The notes under the pieces are model-generated. The model saw only the letters and a list, made by a program, of their open reading frames with translations. It did no database searches and was not told the DNA's origin. From Elusimicrobiota bacterium (GTDB lineage: Bacteria; Elusimicrobiota; Elusimicrobia; UBA1565; UBA9628): a DNA stretch of 64,000 bases. A program made the position numbers and the translations under genes. The DNA is taken from the NCBI GenBank assembly GCA_016234805.1, contig JACRNU010000055.1:14039-78038 (forward strand), written 5' to 3'. Each line of letters opens with the position of its first letter. The stretch's first letter is position 1. This document shows positions 8,491 to 17,713 of the stretch, piece by piece.

Positions 8491-11072
8491 GAGTCCTCCT
8501 CTCCCTGGGCAGGCCGGCGCTCCAGGCCGTCTGCTGCCTGGGCTCGGTCTACGCCCTGCTCTGCCACATCCCCTTCACCTGGACCAACTTCATCGCGGAC
8601 CGCAGGTACCCGGTGCTCGTCGAACGGTTCCTGGCCCTGCATCCCTGGCTCCTCCTGGGAACGGTCGTCCTCGCCTGGCTGGGGACCTGCCGCCAGCCCC
8701 CTCCGGCGAGCGGGGAACGGCCTGCGCCCCCTGCGGGGACTGCGGGTCCCTGCCCGCTGCCTGCGGGGACGGCGGCTCCTGGCCGCCAGGGCGGCAGGTC
8801 CTCGGAGGCGACGGCCAGCCCGGGGTTGCGGATATGGCTCGGCCTGCACCTGGCGGCCTGTCTTTGGCTGGCGTTCCAGCCCCTGCTCCCCGGCCTCGCC
8901 AACAATGGCTGGAGCCTGGCGTGGGCGCTCTTCCTGTGGGTCCCCAGCCTTTCCCTGGAGATGGTCGCCCTGATTCCGCCGAGGCCCGCGGACTGGGGCA
9001 CGGACCTCGTCGAGGAAGGCCAGCCTCTCATCCTTCCCCTGTTCGCCGCGGCCCTTTTCATCTTCATCACCTATTCCCTCACACACCTCATCGGCAGAGG
9101 TTCGGATGGGACCGCGGTGGAACTCCTCTGCGCTCTGGGCTGGGACCTGGCAGCTCACCTGCTCGCGGCCGCGGCCGTGGCCCTGCTCCTGGCCTGCGCT
9201 CTCGAAGCTGCCAGGATGACCCCCTGGCCGCGGCAGGCCGGCCTCATCATCACGCATTTCCTCCTTTGGGTGGCCGCGGCCTGCGCGTTGAAGTCCGTGG
9301 TGCTCTCCTCGATCTCTTTCAGCGGGCTCGTGGCATGGCTCTACAGCGCCTGCGCGGCCGCGTGCCCGACCCTGCTGTCGTTCAACGCCGCAGCGGCATG
9401 CGCTCCCGGACCGCGGCGGGTCTCGGCCTGGCTGGTCCCGATCGCTTTCGGGCTGGCCATCGCCCCTTACGCCGTCTACAGGCTCATCAAGACGGATTGG
9501 GCCTTCGTCTTGGCCACGGTCTCGACCATGGCTGTCTGGGGCGGCGTCCTGTGGCTCTCGTTCCGCGTCGCGGCCGGCTTGCGCGGAACCGCATTGGAGA
9601 GGCTTGAAGCGTCACGGCTGGCGGCATGGCTGCGCTATGATCGTTGGCGCGCCTGGAGGGCGCCTGCGGCGGGGCTCGCGTGCGTCAGCCTGGGCTTCGC
9701 CGGGAACGCCGCATTCGTCGGCATGGACCCTGTTTTTCGCCGGGCAGGACTTCACCCCCGCAGGACCCTCTTCCAGCTTGGGAGCGAGGAGCCCTCCTTC
9801 CGGGCCTTGCGGGGACTATTCACCATGCCCGGGTCCTCCTCGGAGGGATCCTTCTTCCAACTCCTGCAGAAGCATACCAACATCCCGCGCTCGACCCGCA
9901 TGATCCTTCCCGAGGTCGAGCTGTCCACGAGACCGGCTGTTTCGTCCGCGGACAAGCCGGACATCTTCTTCTTCGTCATCGACAGCCTGAGGCCCGACTA
10001 CCTTGGCGCGTACAACCCGGCCGCGCGCTTCACCCCCTCCTTCGACGCCTTTGCCAAGGAGAGCGTCGTGTTCAAGAGAGCCTTCTCCGCCTATGGAGGG
10101 ACAGGCCTTTCGGAGCCGTCCCTCTGGAGCGGCAGCATGCTCCCCCACATGCAGTACCCTTCGCCTTTCAGGCCGGTCAACAGCCTTGAGAAGCTCGTGC
10201 AGCGGCAGGGCTACCGATCCCACATCACCGTCGACCAGGTCCTCAAAGCCGTGCTCGAACCCGCCAAGGACACGGTACAGCTCGACGCGGGCGCCGTGGA
10301 AACCTACAAGTTTTGCGCCACGCTCGCCGAACTCGAGACCAAGCTCGCGGCCGCAGAGCGCGGCAGGCCGGTCTTCGTGTACACCCAGCCGCAGGACATC
10401 CACGTGTCGGTCATCGAGAAGGAGGGCCGGTCCAGCGTGTCCGGCGACTACCCGGGCTTCTTCTCAGCCTACGCCTCTCGAGTGGCGCGCATGGATGCGT
10501 GCTTCGGCCGGTTCGTCGACGGTCTCAAGAGGTCCGGCCGCTGGGAGAAGAGCATCGTGATCGTGACCGCTGACCACGGGGATTCGCTGGGCGAGGGCGA
10601 CCGCTGGGGCCATGCCTATACCATCTACCCCGAGGTCATCAGCGTGCCCATCATGATCCACCTGCCGCGGTCCCTGGCAGGGAAGTTCGCCTGGGACGCT
10701 GACGCCATGGCCCTGAACATGGACATCACGCCCTCCCTCTACGCCCTGCTGGGCCAGCCTCCGTCCCAGCCCGCGCCCTTCTTCGGAAGAAGCCTGTTCC
10801 GGGAGGCCTCCGCCGCTCCCCTGCCGCCCCGCAAGGAGCAGATGGTGGTGTCCAGCTACGGTCCGGTGTACGGCATCCTCAGGGATGACGGCCGCAGCCT
10901 CTACATCGCGGACAGCACCGCCTATCAGGAGTGCCTGTTCCTGCTGGGCCGGGGCATCGCCGGCGAATCCATGACCCTCGACGACAAAGCCGGCCGTGAG
11001 GGCCGCGCCTCCATCCGCCGCTGGATCGGGGACATGGAGCGGTTCTTCGATGCCGGCACCAGCACATGGTAA
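8487..11072 (+). CDS. Multi-pass membrane protein with C-terminal sulfatase/LtaS-like domain
   Basis: Many TM segments, then KPDIFFFVIDSLRPD, IVTADHGDSLGE, WGH. Confidence 0.8.
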   Translation: MRVLLSLGRPALQAVCCLGSVYALLCHIPFTWTNFIADRRYPVLVERFLALHPWLLLGTVVLAWLGTCRQPPPASGERPAPPAGTAGPCPLPAGTAAPGRQGGRSSEATASPGLRIWLGLHLAACLWLAFQPLLPGLANNGWSLAWALFLWVPSLSLEMVALIPPRPADWGTDLVEEGQPLILPLFAAALFIFITYSLTHLIGRGSDGTAVELLCALGWDLAAHLLAAAAVALLLACALEAARMTPWPRQAGLIITHFLLWVAAACALKSVVLSSISFSGLVAWLYSACAAACPTLLSFNAAAACAPGPRRVSAWLVPIAFGLAIAPYAVYRLIKTDWAFVLATVSTMAVWGGVLWLSFRVAAGLRGTALERLEASRLAAWLRYDRWRAWRAPAAGLACVSLGFAGNAAFVGMDPVFRRAGLHPRRTLFQLGSEEPSFRALRGLFTMPGSSSEGSFFQLLQKHTNIPRSTRMILPEVELSTRPAVSSADKPDIFFFVIDSLRPDYLGAYNPAARFTPSFDAFAKESVVFKRAFSAYGGTGLSEPSLWSGSMLPHMQYPSPFRPVNSLEKLVQRQGYRSHITVDQVLKAVLEPAKDTVQLDAGAVETYKFCATLAELETKLAAAERGRPVFVYTQPQDIHVSVIEKEGRSSVSGDYPGFFSAYASRVARMDACFGRFVDGLKRSGRWEKSIVIVTADHGDSLGEGDRWGHAYTIYPEVISVPIMIHLPRSLAGKFAWDADAMALNMDITPSLYALLGQPPSQPAPFFGRSLFREASAAPLPPRKEQMVVSSYGPVYGILRDDGRSLYIADSTAYQECLFLLGRGIAGESMTLDDKAGREGRASIRRWIGDMERFFDAGTSTW

Positions 11073-11095
11073 TCTTTCTTTGATAGAATATGCCG

Positions 11096-11464
11096 ATGAG
11101 TGAGCCGCAGAAGACGGTCTGCATCTTCGAGGACAATCCCGACATACAGATGCTCCTCAAGGTCTTCTTCAAGAAGCGCGGCCTCAACCCTGTCGTGACC
11201 GGGGACGGCACGGACGCGCTCGAGGTCGTGCGCAAGCACGCCCCCTGCGTCATCCTCATGGACATCATCATGCCGGGCAAGGACGGCATCGAGGCCTGCA
11301 AGGAGCTCCGCGACAACGGCCTGGCCACTCCGGTGGTCTTCCTCACCTCCAAGCCTTTCCCGGAGGACAAGGAACGCGCCCTCGCGGCCGGGGGCAACGC
11401 ATTCCTCCTCAAGCCCTTCAACCCCCGTGAACTGGAAGCCGCGCTCCAACCTTTTCTGGCATAG
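11096..11464 (+). CDS. Single-domain response regulator (REC)
   Basis: FEDN, MDIIMPGKDG, FLLKPF; ATG 11096 follows TGnTAGAAT by 6 nt. Confidence 0.9.
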   Translation: MSEPQKTVCIFEDNPDIQMLLKVFFKKRGLNPVVTGDGTDALEVVRKHAPCVILMDIIMPGKDGIEACKELRDNGLATPVVFLTSKPFPEDKERALAAGGNAFLLKPFNPRELEAALQPFLA

Positions 11465-12254
11465 GCTGGCCGCCCTCGGCTTCCTGCTCCTGATCTCCCT
11501 GCCGGCCTACGCCCAGTTCCCCCCTGAAGTGGACATCCATGGCTCGTCCATGCGCTCGAGCCTCATGTTCGTCATCTACCTGTGCTTCCTCCTGTTCTGG
11601 GGCGTGGTCCTCCTGGCCATCTACGTCTTCGCCCTCAAGACCTACTACCGGATGAGGCGGGCCTACCGCGAACAGCGCAAGAAGCACTTCCAGCAGGGCA
11701 TCGAGCTCGTGCTCATGGAGGAGCCCTTCGACGCCATCATGAAGGCCTTCGAGCCCCAGCGGCCCGGCGACCTGGACATCGTCCAGGAGGTCATCCTCGA
11801 CTCCATGCGCTTCATCACCGGCCCGCCCTTCGAGATCATGAAGAAGGTCTCCCATAGGCTCGGCATCATCGACCGCAACATCTCCTTCCTCGGCTCCTTC
11901 GACCGGCACAAGAGGGCCCATGCCGTGGAGACCCTCGGCGTCATGCAGGCCACCCAGGCCATCATCCCCCTGCTCGAGATGCTCTCGACGGAGACCAACG
12001 ACATCAAGCTGGTGGCCCTGAGGTCCCTGGCCATCATCAAGGACCCAAGGGCCCTCCCCTACTTCCACCACACGGCGAAGAACCTGCCCCCGCCGCTCCT
12101 GCCCCGGCTGGCCTCCATCATGCTCGAGTTCGGCCCGGCGGCCCACCCGCACCTGCACAAGCTCGTGACCGCGCACCGCTCCGTGTTCCCCCAGCTCATG
12201 CTCGAGGAGCTCCTGCGCGAGCTCGCCACCGACCTGAAGAGGCCCGACCTGTGA
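11427..12254 (+). CDS. Membrane-anchored HEAT-repeat protein
   Basis: TM helix then HEAT-like RAHAVETLGVM, KLVALRSLAII; directly upstream of the GT2. Confidence 0.75.
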   Translation: MNWKPRSNLFWHRLAALGFLLLISLPAYAQFPPEVDIHGSSMRSSLMFVIYLCFLLFWGVVLLAIYVFALKTYYRMRRAYREQRKKHFQQGIELVLMEEPFDAIMKAFEPQRPGDLDIVQEVILDSMRFITGPPFEIMKKVSHRLGIIDRNISFLGSFDRHKRAHAVETLGVMQATQAIIPLLEMLSTETNDIKLVALRSLAIIKDPRALPYFHHTAKNLPPPLLPRLASIMLEFGPAAHPHLHKLVTAHRSVFPQLMLEELLRELATDLKRPDL

Positions 12255-13687
12255 GCGTGGCCGAGTTCTACCACTGGGGCACCCGGGTCACGGAGGTCAT
12301 CCTCGTCTGGTATTTCTTCCTCCTCAACGCCATCTACCTGGGCCTGGCCTTCATCGCCTTCCGGGTCATCTCCAAGCACCTGCTGCGCAACGTCTACGGA
12401 GGCTTCGAGAACATCTCCAAGAGCCCGCTGACCCCGGCCATCACGGTGCTCGTCCCGGCCCACAACGAGGCCGTGGGCATCTGCACCACGGTCAACAACC
12501 TGCTCCACCTCGACTTCATGCGCTTCGAGGTCATCGTCATCAACGACGGGTCCACGGACGGCACCCTCGACGAGCTCAAGAAGGCCTTCCGCCTGACCCC
12601 GATCTCCATCCCGGGCCAGGGCGCGCTCAAGACCGAACAGGTCCGCACGGTCTACCACTCGGCCACGAACCACAACCTCGTGGTCGTCGACAAGAGGAAC
12701 GGGGGCAAGTCCGACGCCCTCAACGCGGGCTTGAACATCGCCCGCTACCCGTACTTCTGCACCATCGACGCGGACGCCATGCTCGAACCGGACGCCCTCC
12801 AGCGGGTCATCCGGCCCGTGGTCGAGTCCCCGGTGCGGGTCATCGCCGTGGGCGGCATCGTGCGCATCGCCAACGGCTGCAGGATCGAGAAGGGCCGCGT
12901 CACCGACGTGGACCTGCCCTGGGCGCCCCTGCCCATCTTCCAGGTCGTGGAGTACTTCCGGGCTTTCCTCTGCGGCAGGACCGGGCTCTCCAGCGCCAAC
13001 GCCCTCATGATCATCTCGGGCGCCTTCGGCCTCTTCGAGAGCTCCCTGGTCATGGAGATCGGCGGCTACAGGGTCGGGACCGTGGGCGAGGACATGGACC
13101 TCGTGACCCGGCTCCACGACCTCATGGTCAAGAAGGGCGAGAGGGACTACCGCATCGAGTTCGTGCCCGACCCCGTGTGCTGGACCGAGGCCCCGACGAC
13201 CATGAGGGTCCTGATGCGCCAGCGGAGGCGTTGGCAGAAGGGACTGCTCGAGGTGCTCGCGGACAACTCCCACATGTGCTTCAACCCGCGGTACGGCTGG
13301 CTCGGCATGTTCGGCTACCCCTTCCTCCTCGTCTTCGAGGGCTGGGGCATCCTCCTCGAGACCCTCGGGTATGCCGTGTTCCTCGCGGGCTGGTGGCTCG
13401 ACGCCATCCAATCGGACTTCATGTTCGCCTTCTTCATCTGCGCCATGCTCACCGGCACGCTGCTCTCCCTGACCGGGATCATGCTCGGCGAGATGACCCC
13501 GCGCGAATACCCCAAGTACGGCCAGTGGCTCCGGCTCATCGCCTACGCCGTGCTCGAGAACTTCGGCTACCGGCAGATGATCTCCTACCTCAGGCTGGCA
13601 GGCACCATGGACTTCCTCCTCGGCAGAGGGGAATGGGGCCGCATGGAACGCGAAGGATTGACCCGCAAGAAAGCCCATGCTGCGTAA
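12251..13687 (+). CDS. Processive GT2 glycosyltransferase (PgaC/IcaA-like)
   Basis: VPAHNE, NDGSTD, NGGKSDALN, DAD, GEDMD, QRRRW; flanking TM helices. Confidence 0.92.
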   Translation: MSVAEFYHWGTRVTEVILVWYFFLLNAIYLGLAFIAFRVISKHLLRNVYGGFENISKSPLTPAITVLVPAHNEAVGICTTVNNLLHLDFMRFEVIVINDGSTDGTLDELKKAFRLTPISIPGQGALKTEQVRTVYHSATNHNLVVVDKRNGGKSDALNAGLNIARYPYFCTIDADAMLEPDALQRVIRPVVESPVRVIAVGGIVRIANGCRIEKGRVTDVDLPWAPLPIFQVVEYFRAFLCGRTGLSSANALMIISGAFGLFESSLVMEIGGYRVGTVGEDMDLVTRLHDLMVKKGERDYRIEFVPDPVCWTEAPTTMRVLMRQRRRWQKGLLEVLADNSHMCFNPRYGWLGMFGYPFLLVFEGWGILLETLGYAVFLAGWWLDAIQSDFMFAFFICAMLTGTLLSLTGIMLGEMTPREYPKYGQWLRLIAYAVLENFGYRQMISYLRLAGTMDFLLGRGEWGRMEREGLTRKKAHAA

Positions 13688-15539
13688 GACCCTGTTCAGC
13701 GTCGTCTGCCTCATCCTCCTGGTCCTCGTGGTCTGGGTGGCAGGAGGCCTGCCCCGGTTCTCCAGGAACGCCGCGCCCGTGGTCCTCATCCCCCCGGGCA
13801 CGGACAACGGCCGCCTGTTCCAGGAGCATGCCCGCAGGGTCCCCGGGGGCGCGGCCATCCTGCTCCTGGGCCCGGGCCACCAGGCCCTGCCCGCCGCCCA
13901 GGCGTTGAGCATCGCCGGGATCCCCTTCTCCGTCACCCACGAACTGGAGGACGCCCTCGTCCACCGGCTGGTGTTCATCCCCACGGACGACCGCTCCCTT
14001 CGGCCCGGGCCCGTGGTCCTGGCAAGGCTCAAGGTCTTCGTGGAACAGGGAGGGACCCTCGTGCTCCAGACGCCGCCCGACCTCCTCGGGACCCTGACCG
14101 GCATCTACGCGGAGAACCCGCGCCGCACGAGGCACCGCCTGGGCTTCCGCAGCGCCGCGGACGAAGGGTTCAAGTATCTTGACGAGCCCGAGGAGTCCGA
14201 CATCCATCTCGCGTCCCGGAGGACGCCGGAAGGCCCCTGGACCCACGGCCTCATGGGGTCCTCGGGCGCGAGCCCCATCGCTTTCTTCTCCGACGAGAAC
14301 CAGGCCGCCATCCTCCGCAGGCGCCACGGCGCCGGAGCCGTCTATACCCTGGGCTTCGACCTGAAGGACCTGATGACCCGGCCCCGCAGCCGCAGGCACT
14401 TCGACGCCAACCGGTGCCTGACCGGAGAGTTCGAGCCTGCCGGGGACGTCATGCCCCTGGTGCTGCGGGCCTGGCACGAGAGCGGACCCAAGCCCTGGGT
14501 GCGGCTGCGCTCCCTGCCGGGGAGCCTCCGCGGCCTCATCGCGCTCACCCACAACATCGGCTGGGGCTCCGGATTGGACGCGGCCGTGGATTTCTCCAAG
14601 ACCGAGAAAGTCAAGGGCATCCAGGCGACCTACTTCGTGCAGACCAAGCTGGCCGAGGACTTCCTCAAGGGCCAGCTCTTCGACGCCGGCTTCACCAAGG
14701 TCCTCCAGGGGATCGTCGCGGACGGCCACGAATTGGCCAGCCACTCCGTGGCGCATGGAGCGGACCTCCACCTCAATGCCCTCGGCAAGCCGGACACCCC
14801 CGCGGAAGATTACAGCCCCAAGGTGGCGGAGAGCGGCCACACGCGCGGCGCGACCCTGCTCGGAGAGATGGGGGTCAGCCGGCGGCTCATCGAAGGCGCG
14901 ACCGGCGCGAAGGTCCTGGCCTTCCGCTCCGCGTTCCGCCGGGACCCCGATTTCCTCGACGAGGGGCTCAAGTCCACAGGCTACCAGTGGGACTCGAGCC
15001 TCACGGCCTGCAGGACCCTCACCCACTTCCCGTTCTTCCTGCCGCACCTGCGCTCCATGGACCTCGAGTCCGGCATCCTGGAACTCCCCATGTCCTGGGA
15101 CGACGAGAACAGGCCCGAGGGCGCGCTCGACTTCAGCAAGGTGCTGGCTCTCTTGAAGAAAGTCTCCGCCAACGAGTCCCCGTTCGTCTGGCTGGTGCAC
15201 CCGAGCCTGGCGCCGGCCAAGAAGATGGCGCTCGATAGGATCCTCAACAGCCTGCCTGACGGCATGGCTATCTGGCCCCTCGGAAGGACCGCGAGGTTCT
15301 GGGCAGCCCGGCACGGGACGCGGTTCTCCTACGCCTCTTCCGGCGGCCAGGAAGTGCGGTTGAATATCGAAGCCCCGGCCGGCCGCTACGACCTCTCCTT
15401 CGAGCTCTCCGGCCCGGCCTCCTCCTGCATGCTCGCCGCGGGCAGCAAAAGGACCGGGGTGGAGGTTTCCTGTTCCGGCAGGCTGGCGGTCCTCAAGGAG
15501 TCCGACGGGGCTCCCGTCGAACTCATCGTCCGCTTCTAG
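13677..15539 (+). CDS. Polysaccharide deacetylase-like (NodB/CE4) protein
   Basis: ATYFVQT, GHELASHSVAH, YQWDSS, ILELPMS, VWLVHP. Confidence 0.75.
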   Translation: MLRKTLFSVVCLILLVLVVWVAGGLPRFSRNAAPVVLIPPGTDNGRLFQEHARRVPGGAAILLLGPGHQALPAAQALSIAGIPFSVTHELEDALVHRLVFIPTDDRSLRPGPVVLARLKVFVEQGGTLVLQTPPDLLGTLTGIYAENPRRTRHRLGFRSAADEGFKYLDEPEESDIHLASRRTPEGPWTHGLMGSSGASPIAFFSDENQAAILRRRHGAGAVYTLGFDLKDLMTRPRSRRHFDANRCLTGEFEPAGDVMPLVLRAWHESGPKPWVRLRSLPGSLRGLIALTHNIGWGSGLDAAVDFSKTEKVKGIQATYFVQTKLAEDFLKGQLFDAGFTKVLQGIVADGHELASHSVAHGADLHLNALGKPDTPAEDYSPKVAESGHTRGATLLGEMGVSRRLIEGATGAKVLAFRSAFRRDPDFLDEGLKSTGYQWDSSLTACRTLTHFPFFLPHLRSMDLESGILELPMSWDDENRPEGALDFSKVLALLKKVSANESPFVWLVHPSLAPAKKMALDRILNSLPDGMAIWPLGRTARFWAARHGTRFSYASSGGQEVRLNIEAPAGRYDLSFELSGPASSCMLAAGSKRTGVEVSCSGRLAVLKESDGAPVELIVRF

Positions 15540-15547
15540 CCCAAAGA

Positions 15548-15599
15548 TGGTGTCAGACGTTAAGCCACAGAAACGTTTGAATCTTAACGTCTGACACCA
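15548..15599. repeat. REP-like hairpin between convergent genes (GGTGTCAGAC family)
   Basis: Perfect 17-bp inverted repeat TGGTGTCAGACGTTAAG / CTTAACGTCTGACACCA. Confidence 0.85.
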
Positions 15600-15601
15600 G
15601 T

Positions 15602-17503
15602 TTATTGTTCTTTTTTGGGGAGGAGTTCGAACAGGGCGATCTTGCCCATGCTGCCGTCCCATTCCCCAAGAAGACGGAAGCGATCAGGGAAGCTCTTGAT
15701 GAACCCGCGCTCGACGCTGTCGTAGCCCGGATACCACTTCGGCTCCCACAAGCCCAGGTACTTGACGCGCAGGCTCTCGAGGAGGTTGACCCACTCCTGG
15801 GGCAGTTCGCCGTAATAGCCTTCCGGAAGCAGGCCTGCTTGGTGGCCGATGACATGGACCTCGGCCCGGGGAGGAAGCCCTGCCCAGGGCAGCATGAGCT
15901 CGGAATAGTTGATGGCCACGACATCGCCCTTCTCGAGCCTGGCGTCGAGGTCCGCCCATGCCTCTCCCAGGGAGGTGAATCGCGCCTTGTAGAACTCAAC
16001 GGCGGATATCCCGCCTCGGGGCCGCAGCCAGGTCCAGGCGGACCGGTAGTCCTCTTCCTTCCCGAACCAGCCCACGCAGGCCACGCAGGCGTACACCACG
16101 GCCGCGGACCAGACCAGCCGGACAGCGGCGCCCAGCCGTCTTCGATTATGCCGCAGAGCGAACGCGGCTGAGACGATGAGCAGGCCGGGGAGGAACATGA
16201 TGTACCTCGGCTCGCGGGTGGGCTGGAACAGGAAGAAGGCCGCCAGGGTCATGGGAGCCAGCAGGACGAGCCATATCGCGGCACGGTTGCGCGACCTCCA
16301 GGCTGACCAGCCGGCCAGAGGCAGGACCGCCCATGCCGCGGCGAAGAGCGGGCCGAAGCCGTGCTCTGTCCCGTAGACCACGAGACCCTTGAAGGTCTCC
16401 CGGAACGGGTACCAGATCCAGTGGAGCGGCGCTGCCACGAACCACTTCTCCACTCCCACGAGAAGGTCCGACGGCGCCATGGGTCCATGGAAGACCGTCC
16501 AGCTCCCGACCCTGAAATCGAACGGGAACACCGGGTTGTCGTGGTCCCACCAGTTATGGAGGTAGCTCGAGCCTCCGAGCGCCAGGACGAGCAGGCACAG
16601 GGGAATGAAGGACAAGGCGGCCTTCCAGCGCGTGTCCGGCCTGGCCAGGAAAGTCCACAAGGGCAGGAGCGGGAGCGGCGCCTGGAGGTAGGCCGTGGAC
16701 TTGGAGCCCAGGGTCATGCCGAACCCCAGGGCGAAGGCAACGAGGTATTCGATCCTGCCTGTCCGGTCGAAGAGCACGGCAGCAGCGGCCGTCCCAAGAA
16801 AGCACGCGCCGTAGACCAGGTCCACATAGGGGATCCCGGCCTGGATGAGCGCCAAGGGCACGGCAAGCGAGCCGAGACCGCAAGGCACGGCCCACCGGCT
16901 GCCTGCGAGCCTGCGTCCCAGGACCGCCGCGCTCGCGGCCATGAGGGGCAGGACCAGGACCTGGCCCAGCTTGGAAGTCTCCAGGCGGCCGCCGTCCATG
17001 AGAGACAGCCACGCGGACAGGAGCTCGCCGTTGTGGGCGAGATAGCGGTGGAAGGTGGGCCAGCCCGCCAGAGAGAAGTCCCCCTGCCGGATCCAGCGGA
17101 AGACGATGGGCAGGTGGTAGGAGAGCCCGTCCCAGGAGTCCGGCGGCGTCTTCCAGGCAAGGTAAAGCCTGAAGTAGAGGGCGGCGGCAAGAGCGGCCGC
17201 AGCCGGCCAGAACACCGGAGGGAACACGGCGTTCCTCAATATCCGCCCCGTGGGCACGGGCTCTTCTTTCTGGAAGGAGAGGGCGACCAGCCCCTGAAGG
17301 AGCGCGAGCGCGAAAGTGAAGCCGCCCACAAAGCCTGGGGTGAGCTTCCCGATCGAACCAAAACCCAAAGTGACGAGAACACCCTCGGCGCAGGCCAATA
17401 CGCTCGCCAGGAACGCGGCTTCCAGGAACCTGCGCCTCAGATAGTTGGTCACGAGGATGTGGCAGGACACCAGCAGACACGCGAAGAGCGCCAGGCCCAT
17501 CAT
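15602..17503 (-). CDS. GT-C fold (ArnT/PMT-like) multi-pass membrane glycosyltransferase
   Basis: WDGLSYHLP, YVDL, LGSKST, NPVFPF, REPRY motifs; ATG 17503 overlaps stop of upstream small ORF. Confidence 0.65.
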   Translation of the reverse strand: MMGLALFACLLVSCHILVTNYLRRRFLEAAFLASVLACAEGVLVTLGFGSIGKLTPGFVGGFTFALALLQGLVALSFQKEEPVPTGRILRNAVFPPVFWPAAAALAAALYFRLYLAWKTPPDSWDGLSYHLPIVFRWIRQGDFSLAGWPTFHRYLAHNGELLSAWLSLMDGGRLETSKLGQVLVLPLMAASAAVLGRRLAGSRWAVPCGLGSLAVPLALIQAGIPYVDLVYGACFLGTAAAAVLFDRTGRIEYLVAFALGFGMTLGSKSTAYLQAPLPLLPLWTFLARPDTRWKAALSFIPLCLLVLALGGSSYLHNWWDHDNPVFPFDFRVGSWTVFHGPMAPSDLLVGVEKWFVAAPLHWIWYPFRETFKGLVVYGTEHGFGPLFAAAWAVLPLAGWSAWRSRNRAAIWLVLLAPMTLAAFFLFQPTREPRYIMFLPGLLIVSAAFALRHNRRRLGAAVRLVWSAAVVYACVACVGWFGKEEDYRSAWTWLRPRGGISAVEFYKARFTSLGEAWADLDARLEKGDVVAINYSELMLPWAGLPPRAEVHVIGHQAGLLPEGYYGELPQEWVNLLESLRVKYLGLWEPKWYPGYDSVERGFIKSFPDRFRLLGEWDGSMGKIALFELLPKKEQ

Positions 17504-17691
17504 CGGAAGAACTCCGCCACGCCCGTGAGCAGGGAGCGCTGGAGCCACGCATAGACCAGGAATCCCAGCAAAAAGAGGCCTGCCGCGGCCGCGGCAACAG
17601 CCTTGCGCTCGCCCCTGTTCCCATGCGCCCTAAATGGCTCTCCTTCGGGTGCCCTAAAGGGCTCTCCTTCGGGTGCCTTGCGGCCATCCAT
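17500..17691 (-). CDS. Small membrane protein with APEGEPFR tandem repeat
   Basis: TATACT-6nt-ATG; one TM helix; ATGA coupling to the GT-C gene. Confidence 0.5.
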   Translation of the reverse strand: MDGRKAPEGEPFRAPEGEPFRAHGNRGERKAVAAAAAGLFLLGFLVYAWLQRSLLTGVAEFFR

Positions 17692-17713
17692 GCCGATAGT
17701 ATACCGTTTCCCG

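Noticed and set aside
8690-8830. Pro/Ala/Gly-rich insert with CCTGCGGGGAC duplication (similarly CAGCGACACGGG x2 at ~23645-23680)
   Set aside because: Local low-complexity linker duplications with no second dispersed copy found; cannot be assigned to a repeat family
12059-15662. Very long antisense ORFs (681 and 690 aa; also 51978..53864 and others)
   Set aside because: Typical high-GC antisense shadows of well-supported plus-strand genes, with no recognisable motifs
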